Assembly: GCA_964016885.1 (NCBI GenBank)
Contig: OZ024749.1
Location: 4,960,001 to 5,024,000 of the forward strand
Origin: Eledone cirrhosa
Taxonomy: Eukaryota
Length of the DNA stretch: 64,000 bases
Reading direction: 5' to 3'
The notes below the pieces were generated by a model. That model saw only the letters and a list, made by a program, of their open reading frames with translations, did no database searches and had not been told where the DNA came from. The translations under genes were made by a program, and so were the position numbers. This document shows, piece after piece, positions 54,780 to 64,000 of the stretch; within the stretch, counting starts at the first letter, position 1, and each line of letters opens with the position of its first letter.

Positions 54780-55434
54780 ATATTTAAAAACAGAGCGGCT
54801 CCTCGGAAATCAAAGGAATATAAATTAAGAGGAGAGAATGTTACATAATGTAATGTTCCATATATTCGTATTTCACTATGGTTTCCTTGGTGTATCAATT
54901 GTCAGCCATAATCAAGCAGTATTCATCTTTCGAGGCTGCATTGTGTGAGATCTGTCTATGGGTAACAAGATGGCCGCCAATGGACATATTTACCTTACTA
55001 ATTAGAGGGTGGTTTCAGAGGAAGTAACTCCTCGAGAGATTAGAAATTGTGGGTAGTTTATAGTTAAGTGCTAATTTTTTTATTTTTTAATTGAGAGACA
55101 ATGTAGGGGAGGTAACTTATAATTATCTAAGTTAGTTATAGCTATTTAACTTATTAGCTACAAGTTAAAAAGGGGCTAGATGACTATGTTGGGTCAAATA
55201 TTCTGTTGGCGAAGGAATTAGCCCTTCGGTGTTGACAGATATAGTTACCTCCGTTCTATCGTTAATTGGTAGAGGTCGTGATATTATGTAATATGCTTCG
55301 GTAATACAGAGATCACAAGATCTTCTTCGTCCATTGAACGGTTGGGCCCTAGCTAAAATATCCCATGTTAGTGAGTGTTCAATGTTGGTTAATTTAAGGT
55401 GTTTAATGAGCCTAGCTAGAGATGTCGAATTCAA
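54780..55434 (-). mobile_element. Penelope-like (Naiad-type) GIY-YIG C-terminal fragment with 3'UTR
   Basis: STSLA..WDILARAQPF..CDLCITEAYYII..INDRTE; GTTACCTCCC motif shared with the 3'UTR at ~19003. Confidence 0.85.
54852..54911 (-). ncRNA. Decayed hammerhead-like motif in Naiad 3'UTR
   Basis: rc ATGG-CTGACAA-TTG atacac CAAg-GAAA-CCATA..TATGG-AA-CAT; two core mismatches. Confidence 0.35.
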
Positions 55435-55475
55435 AATATAAATAAATGAAAAATATTCTCATAATCAAAATATAT

Positions 55476-55535
55476 ATTTTGTTATACATATTTCAAAGGT
55501 TCAATGGTGCTTACATACATTTTCATCAGACAAAA
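55476..55535 (-). ncRNA. Type-I hammerhead ribozyme
   Basis: rc TTTTGT-CTGATGA-AAA..TTT-GAAA-TATGTA-TA-ACAAAA. Confidence 0.78.
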
Positions 55536-55824
55536 CATAAGATTAGATATGATAGATACAGCTAGGGTTTTGATTATACAATTCCAATAGTGGCAGTGAT
55601 TTATTTCACCAACTCTCAACGTTTTTACACCACAAATAATATGATAAACTTAGAGAAGAAGAGGACGTAGAGCAAGGTAGAAATATAGCAGAGGGGTGCA
55701 AAGAAAAGGAAAAGGCAAGAAATAAACCATTAAATAAATAAATAAATGAATAAATAAATAAAAGGAGAAAAAAAAGGTATAAAAACAAAAGAAAGGGAAG
55801 ATGTTGAGAGAACTCTCTCTCTTT

Positions 55825-55997
<173 letters not shown>

Positions 55998-56228
55998 TAT
56001 GCGTATTGCATATTAAATAATATATGTTTATTTTAAAACATATTGCAGGCCATTCGCTATGAAGCGCGTTGGTGATTCCCTTTTGCGTTTGCCGAAGCTG
56101 GATATATGACTCTAGTGACTACCTTAAATTCAAAGCGAAAGGCCTTCAAAATGTTATTAAATAAACATAAACTACATTATTAAATATAAAATGCGTACAT
56201 TCATATACACATATTTATTTCAGAGCTC

Positions 56229-56305
<77 letters not shown>

Positions 56306-57011
56306 CGGCGATGAATTAGTTTTGCGAGGTTTTTTAGAGTAATATCTAAACATAGGAATGACCCAGCAGATAGGCAAATCAGAGAGGCCAGTGAAATAGA
56401 AATTAGAAGACCAAAGCTAAACAGAAAGAATGAGTGGAACAACAACAACACCCAAACAAACAACACTGACCTAAGAGAAGTATAAATAAATAAGTAAATT
56501 AAATTAAATAAATAAAATAAGATAAATAAATACATACACAAGCACATAAACACACACTAGTCACCCAGCAGACACAACACTATACACACTAGTCACACAT
56601 CACACATAACACAATACACACACGCAAACGCATGCGCAAAGAAGACAAAATAAAATAAGATAAACAAATAAGCAAATAAATAAATAAATATATAGACAGA
56701 CTGAACAAAAAAAATGGCGTAGACATACAACACAACAGGGGGAACAATGAATATAACACCACTGACGATGTTGCAGATGTGCAACGAAAGATTTATGTAA
56801 ATTATGTAAACTATATATATATGTGTTTGTCTATATTGTATCTGTATTATTTTTGACCGCCGGTCAGTCAATGGCAACATTGAGGACCGAGTAAGTTAGA
56901 TCGCAGATATATATATATAAAAGACAGCGAGAAGCGAAAACCAACCAAACAGTGAGTGTGTTCTGTTATTAATTCTGGCAATATTACGCAAATATGACCC
57001 TCCCCAAATAT

Positions 57012-57046
<35 letters not shown>

Positions 57047-57068
57047 CCCTCTCTCTCTCTCGCGCTCC

Positions 57069-57148
<80 letters not shown>

Positions 57149-57454
57149 ATTCCTCTATTTACACGCGAAGTTCACATTTTTTTTTCTTTTTTGTTCTTTC
57201 TTCTGAAATTGTATTTATCGAAAAAGTGGTGTATTTTTTAAGGTGAAATATATTCTTATTTCAATGCTATGGAGACAAATATGATGACAACCTTCATGTT
57301 TATTTATTTTGCCACACCTACTAAACGACACCTGAAGACATAGAAGATAGAATTTTATTACTTTTCAGGAGTAGAGAAAAAATAATAAGTTGATATAAAA
57401 AGCGCAATGTCAGTTGAAACACAAATACTCAAGAATATTAAAACAATAATGTAG

Positions 57455-57459
57455 AACTT

Positions 57460-57516
<57 letters not shown>

Positions 57517-57715
57517 TTACTACTACTACTACTGCTGTTGTTACTACTATTTACTACAATTATTGCTGCTGTTGCTACTACTACAATTACTGCTGCTGCT
57601 ACTACTAGTAGTAATAGACGTAGTAATATTAGTAATAATAGTAGTAGTAGCATGTGTAGTAGTAGTAACAGTAGTACTTCTACTAGTACTACTTGTAGTA
57701 GTAGTAGTAGCAGTA
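57455..57715. repeat. (CTA)n followed by (TAG)n, inverted trinucleotide arrays
   Basis: Switches strand at ~57605 (ACTAGT). Confidence 0.9.
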
Positions 57716-57744
57716 CTGTCTTTGATATTATTATTATTCAGTAT

Positions 57745-58385
57745 CAGTAGAGTTACGTCCCTTTACGGTCTGAGTTCAAATCCCGTCGAGGTTAACTTTG
57801 CCTTTCATCCTTATGGGGTCGATAAAATAAAGTACCAGTAATGTACTGGGGTATTTGCTGGCCTTGTGCCAAAAGTAGAAACAATTATTAATGGCGGTGA
57901 ATTGGCAGTATCGGTAGAGCGTCGGACCCCATGCTTTGACGTATAGAGTTACGGCCCTTTATGATCTGAGTTCAAATCCCGCCGAGGTTAACTTTGCCTT
58001 TCATCTTTAGGGGGTCGATAAAATAAAGTAGAAGTCACACACAGGGACCTATTTAATTGATTTTCCCCTCCTCCACAATTGCTGGACTTGTGCCTATATA
58101 GGAAACCATTATTGTCGTCGTTATCGTTGATTTCAGTACTATTAGAATCATCATCATCAACATTATTATTGTCTTCATCATCATTGCGATGAGTGTCGGT
58201 GGAGCCTCGGACAACATGCTTTGCTGCATATAGTTACGTCCCTTTACATTCTAGGTTCAAATCCTGTCAAGCTTAGTTTTGACTCTCATGCTGTCGATGT
58301 AGAGAAAATAAAATATAAAATACCAGTAACGCACATAGGTCGAACTAATCGACATTCCTCTTGCATTCAAATTGCTGGCCAAATG
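57745..58385 (+). mobile_element. Three tandem family-1 SINE copies of different ages
   Basis: 57745-57888, 57893-58110, ~58190-58385. Confidence 0.85.
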
Positions 58386-58639
58386 ATTATTACTCCTATT
58401 TTATTGCGTGCCGTCACTGAATTACTGAGCACGGCTGAGTGAGGCTTGGCTATGTGCAGTCTTGTTTTGGTGTTGTTGTTTCTATTGTATTAAGAATAAT
58501 AATTTCTACTCTAGGCCCAAGGTCAGTAATTTTTGGGGGAGTGGGGAAATTCGATTAAATGGACCATAGTGTATTACTGGTACTTTATTTTATATGTAAT
58601 ATGCCTGACTCTGTGTGTTTCTTTATTCTTTCTAGTGCA

Positions 58640-59272
58640 TCTATATTATCTATATTACTAAACCAAAGAATGTCTGTTTGTCAGTCTGTCTGTCCAATCA
58701 CTAAAACTCGAGAACCACCCAACCGAGTTTTTTATAAACTTTACACATGTAATACTTATGGCCCCGTGAGTATTTTGAGCAAAAAGAATTTCAAATATTC
58801 AATGCCCTAGGGACCGCATTAGGCGATTTAGCGATCTCTCACTATACTTCTTAGTCTTTCTCTTTTTAGATAGATACATACATATAACGTTGCGCCCATA
58901 TAATATCTGTCTGTATTCCTGGTTGTCTGAATTACGTCATTATGACGCGGTGTGTGTGTGTATGTATATATAGTGTGTATATATATATATATATAGTGTG
59001 TAACGTTTTTCGAAATATTTGCGTTCACAGATTTATTATTTTAGTTTCAGAAGAAACCGTTAAGGGTGAAAGCAGCGATTCTTTGCTTAAAATTTAATCT
59101 GTTATTTTATTATATATATATAATTTTATATTCGTGTACAGATATTTTTGGATACACAATAACAAAATATAAACAAACGTATTTATTTCACGAGGCTCGA
59201 TAAGGATAAATAAATATCAAATATATAAGAACCCTAGAGAAAATCCCGACCAACGCCGGGCCATTCTGCTAG
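58640..59272 (+). mobile_element. Non-autonomous Helitron
   Basis: A|TCTATATT start, (GTCT)n, subterminal hairpin CCCG..CGGG, CTAG|T end. Confidence 0.8.
59043..59093 (+). ncRNA. Hammerhead-like motif with CAGAAGA core (family C insertion 58996-59112)
   Basis: AGTTT-CAGAAGA-AaCC gttaa GGgT-GAAA-GCA..TGC-TT-AAAaT. Confidence 0.5.
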
Positions 59273-59389
59273 TTACTACTGTTTTCCACATATGCAGACC
59301 TTTATATAAGGATAACTTCCCATTTCCTTAATAGACATATTGTCCTTTGTGTAGATTGATATGACAATAACAAGTCATTTTTCTTTGTC

Positions 59390-60142
59390 GGCCTTGGCTA
59401 TAACATCTCATCGTCTGGCTATAATGGTCTTGACTATAACATCTTGTCGTCTAGTTATGATAGCCTTCATTATAATATCTGGACGTCTGGCTATGATAGC
59501 CTTGCCTATAATATTTGGACGTCTGGCTATGATGATTTTGACTATCACATCTGGTCGTCTGGCTATGATAGCCTTGACTATAACACGTGGTCGTCTGTCT
59601 ATGATGACCTTGACTATAACATCTGGTCGTCTGTCTATGATGAACTTGACTATAATATCTGGTCATCTGGTTATGATATCCTTGACTATAATTGTTTCTA
59701 CTTTTGGCACAAGGCGAGCAATTATCGCAGTGTATTACTGGTACTTTATTTTATCGACCCCTTAAGATGAAAGGCAAAGTTAACCTCGGCCGGATTTGAA
59801 CTCAGACCATAAAGGGCCGTAACTCTTTACTGCAAAGCATGGCGTCCGACCCTCTACCGATACTGCCAATCCACTATAAGATCTGGTCATCTGGCTATGA
59901 TAGCCTTGGCTATAACATCTGGTCATCTGGCTATGATAGCCTTGACTATAATATATGGACGTCTGGCTATGATAGCCTTCACTATAATATCTCGTCATCT
60001 GGCTATGATGACCTTGACTCTAACATATGGTTATCTGGCAATGATAGCCCTGCCTATAATATCTGGCCATCTTGCTATGATGACATTGACTATATATATC
60101 TGGTCATCTGGCTATGATGAGCTTGACTATAATATATGGCTA
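59390..60142. repeat. 36-bp minisatellite interrupted by a SINE
   Basis: TTGACTATAACATCTGGTCGTCTGGCTATGATAGCC units. Confidence 0.92.
59690..59873 (-). mobile_element. SINE family 1
   Basis: Reverse-complement SINE with ACTATAA duplicated at the flanks. Confidence 0.9.
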
Positions 60143-60320
60143 TCATTTTCCTCTCTGTGTTTATTGACATATCCAAGAGAGAATTTCATATATCATCCTG
60201 TCGTTTTTTTCTAATGCGAGTCAACATCAACATTTGTCAGATCATAGTTATTTCTGTTGACATAATCTCCAGTGAAAGTGAATCAAACTCTATCATGATT
60301 GTATATATACGTATGCTTGT

Positions 60321-60440
60321 TCGTCTATATTTGGACTCTATCGTCTATGTTTGGACTCTATCCTCAATGTTTGGACTCTATCATCTATCTTTGAACTATA
60401 TCCTCTATGTTTGGACTATATCGTCTATATTTGGACTATA
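60321..60440. repeat. 20-bp minisatellite x6
   Basis: TCGTCTATRTTTGGACTMTA. Confidence 0.9.
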
Positions 60441-60831
60441 TAATGATTGTAGATATACGTATACTCGTTCGTCTGTTTGGACAGCTAGACGCAATGTGGT
60501 AGATCCATACTTCGACACCGTCATATGTTATAAAAGTTACTGTATTCTGCTTCATTACGTACTTTTGGTTCTTTCTTCTAGAGTAACGCTGATGTTGCGC
60601 AGCAATAAGTAATCCTTCACTATCGACCTGTAGTCCATGACCTCTTTAGTTCCTCTATTACTCATGTAGGTTTTCTGCTTACCATCGGTTTGGCATGGTA
60701 TTTTGGAGACTTCTTTACATTTCAGATTTTATCTTTTCACAATTTCTGTTGTCGGTATGTTTTTGTTTGCATGTTCTTCCCTATTAAATCTCATCTATGT
60801 TGCTATTATCATTATTAATTTGTCAAAGTGA

Positions 60832-61150
60832 AGGCGCGTGATGTTGTGGTTAAAAAATTCGTCTCAGGATCGTAAGGTCATCAGTTCGAATCTTGGGGCC
60901 ACGCTGGGACCTTGAACAAGACAATTTATTTCACCTTACTCCAGTTTATACAGCCAGCAAATAGGAGTTGCATCTGTAGTTATAAGGGCCAGCCTTGTCA
61001 CATTCTGTGTCACACCGAATCTTCCTGAGATCTACGTTAAGGGTGCGATTCTTTTTTGAATACTCAGCTACTTGTATGTTAATTTCATGTGAAAGCTGTT
61101 TCGTTGATCGGAGCAACTTGAACGCTCGTCGTCGTAACTGACGGAGTGAT
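60832..61150 (+). mobile_element. tRNA-derived SINE family 2-like
   Basis: GTTCGAATC B box; CCTTGAACAAGACAATTTATTTCAC body. Confidence 0.7.
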
Positions 61151-61479
61151 CTACTATTTGTCACACAGTGTAGGTGAAGTATTTAGTAAATCTATCAAGT
61201 CACAAGAAAGACTTCAGGCAAATAATAATTTCCTTTGAAATGTGCGAAGTGCCTAGCAAAGCTGGTTTGATAACACAAATCGTGTATGGTGTTTCCAGCC
61301 GGGTTAAGTAGTTTTGAAATTTCTCTGATCCCAACTGGTATTACTTTCACATTTCACTCTAGCATTCCAAACACTCCAGCCAAACACTCCAGCCAAACAC
61401 TCCAGCCAAACACTCCACCTTTAATCTGAGTAGTTGGTGATTTTTTGTAACTTTTTATTTGCAATATTCATGTAATTTA

Positions 61480-63230
61480 TTACAGCTGGGTCAATGATCT
61501 GACGATATTTGTCTTTCGTGTTTAATATGACAATAACCGGTATATGATACTTTAACAGTCTAAAAATCATAATCCCAGCATATCGCTGCTTTCACATCCT
61601 CCTGATGTACAATATAAGACACCTGTCCTTACATATTCTCAATTATTTCGTACTGATATTTATGACAAAGCAGCCATTAAATATACAAACACACTCTATC
61701 ATAGTGGTGCTTGTATTTTTATGTATCACATCTGTCCTAATGCAGTCATCACATCCTATGAGTCCCCTCCACCCCTCTTTTTCTTGGTATATATAAACTA
61801 GCTCTGTCACTCATATCTAGTCAATATCTTTCTTGTCTTTCGGTCTAAACCGTTTAGCTCAACCATTGTCCACGTGATCACCCCTGTCCCATATCTATAT
61901 AGTGATACCACCCATATATTGAAAGCTTCCATCGTATTCTGCCCAATTAGTTTCGTCGACTTTGGAATAAGGGAAGGTTTTAAAGTAAATAGAAGAGGAA
62001 GGTTATAAGTACTTAGGGTTATGGGAAGTTGATAAAATAATTCCTTCTACTTTTGGCACAAGGCCAGCAATAATTCCAGTGAATTACTGGTACTTTATTT
62101 TATCGACCCCCGTAAGTATGAAACGCCGAGGTTAACTTTGCCTTTCATCCTTACGGGGTCGATAAAATAAAGTACCAGTAATTCACTGGGATAATTGCTG
62201 GCCTTGTGCCATAAAATAGAAAAAATATGTTATCAACTCCCCATAACCCTAAGTACTTATAACCTTCCCTGATGGCAGCACCAATCCCATCAATGCTTTT
62301 AATTTTGCCTCTGTTCAAGATTAACACACCACACTTATTTAATCTGAACTCCCTTCTGATATCAACACTTATTATATTACACCGTATTAATAAGGGAACC
62401 AAGCTGGGATTCATTCTTACCTTAAAGCCTGAGGTCGTCCATGAATATTAAGTGGACGATTTTTTGCAGGCGATCTTTGAATTCATGCCCAGCCTTACAC
62501 TCTCTTAGAAACTTAGTCATTGGTATCACCCACAGTACAAGCATCAATGGTGACAGGCTCTTCACTTGGAGTATACTTATCTATATTTCTTTCTATTGTT
62601 CCTAAATGTCTTCCATATACTGTCAGTTCAGTCTTCCACTCTTTCATACTTTTCTTTAAGAATCGCTCAACATTTGATCCAATACCATATAACTTAATGC
62701 ATTCCATAATCCAAGAGTGTAGAATCACGTCATAGGCTTTCCGGTAAACGGTCCATGCCACAATCAAGCTGGTTTTCAGCCTCTTTCTATTCTTAAGGAT
62801 TGTTTTATCTATCAAAGGCTGGCCCTTTGTACCACTGCACTAACGCTTCCACCCTTTCTGCTCATTTGATAGAACTCCATTTTGTTCAGGATGCCCGTAC
62901 ATTGATTCTACGATTATTACAGTCAATAATTTCTACATAAGTGGTAGGCATGTTATCAGACTGTAGTTGTCTACCACATTCCCCTTAGTGATATCTTTGT
63001 AGCACAAAAGTGTCCTCCCCTTTGTCGGTCACTTCGGTATGACTTGATCAGCATTTACCAATGTGTTGAATTGTTGAGTTATTTGTTCATGGCATTCACT
63101 AAATGTTTTGATCCAGTAGCCTTGAACTCCTATTCTAGAGACTTCCAGTTGCTCATCTTTTTCTGGCTTCCTTTAAGTCCCTAGCTGAAATGACTAATTC
63201 TGCCTGCTGTGGGCAAATTATTGTTTGTTT
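61480..63230 (-). mobile_element. R4/Dong-like LINE remnant (RT and RLE pieces)
   Basis: [18 protein letters not shown]; MIDKTIL..AWTVYRKAYD..HSWI; FRLNKCGVL..YKYLG; GGGL; WDYDF..IIDPAV; many lesions. Confidence 0.82.
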
Positions 63231-63545
63231 CATTATTATTATCATGCCTGTGAATATGTTCCTTTGTGGCTAGAGCTGAGCATCTGGAAACAATGTGGCT
63301 GATTGTGTCTTCCCTGACTCCATATATTCTACAGTGAGCTATTGTGATTTGTTTAATTATGTTCTTCTTGTAGTTTCTGGTGGGTAAACTTTGGTCTTGT
63401 GCTGCAATTAAAAATCCTTCAGCCTCAGTGCTTCGGATCTAGTTTTGTGTTTGCATCTCTACTTCCTTTCTATTTAGCTGTGTTGTGCATTGGCCATATA
63501 AGGATTTCTCTTGCCTTTATTATTATCATTATTTTTAATATTCTG

Positions 63546-63745
63546 GGCGGTGGATTGGCGGTGGATTGGCAGTATCGGTAGAGGGTCGGACGCCATGCTT
63601 TCCAGCATAGTTACGTTCCTTTACGGTCTGAGTTCAAATCCAGCCGAGGTTGACTTTGCCTTTCATCCTTACGGGGTCGATAAAATAAAGTACCAGTAAT
63701 GCACTAGGTAATTGCTGGCCTTGTGCCTAAAGTAGAAACAATTAT
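63546..63745 (+). mobile_element. SINE family 1
   Basis: Duplicated head GGCGGTGGATT; TSD ATTATTTTTAATATTCT. Confidence 0.92.
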
Positions 63746-64000
63746 TTTTAATATTCTCGTTTTTAATTCAGTTTCGTTCCATCCAGTGTATTACCGATTT
63801 TCCTATTGTTTTTAATGACTGTATCTCGGAGGACAAGGATTTTTAATGTATAAAGTATCGAGAATGATTGTTCTTTCTGCTTTAATTCAGTCGTTCTTAC
63901 AATAACTCTTTCTATTATAACGCAAACAGTTTTTATGGCTAGATTTACGTTTTATTCAAGAATATTAATATTTCAAAGCCCGCGCTCTCTTTTTATTTTC

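Noticed and set aside
56860-56889. GCAA-tetraloop hairpin as a miRNA or structured RNA
   Set aside because: Too short, single copy, no supporting context
59390-60142. 36-bp repeats as a CRISPR array or repeat protein
   Set aside because: Units are contiguous with no unique spacers; eukaryotic context; interrupted by a SINE

Overview
AT-rich eukaryotic DNA packed with (TA)n, (CA)n and (CT)n microsatellites. The tRNA-derived SINEs and repeat style suggest an octopus/coleoid cephalopod (inference). I could not support any intact host gene; nearly all ORFs in the track are microsatellite artefacts. Recognisable coding remnants are all retroelements: Penelope-like (Naiad-type GIY-YIG), RTE-clade and R4/Dong-like LINEs. 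There are also two SINE families, a non-autonomous Helitron and MITEs. The main hidden signal is about 20 type-I hammerhead ribozyme (HHR) motifs, read by eye, from roughly ten sequence families. They mostly lie in short, often asymmetric palindromic cassettes inserted into (TA)n, and some are chained to Naiad fragments. One family appears to derive from the antisense strand of an R4-like ORF and carries a fixed core variant (CAGAAGA). Coordinates were read manually and may be off by a few bases; no folding or database search was run.
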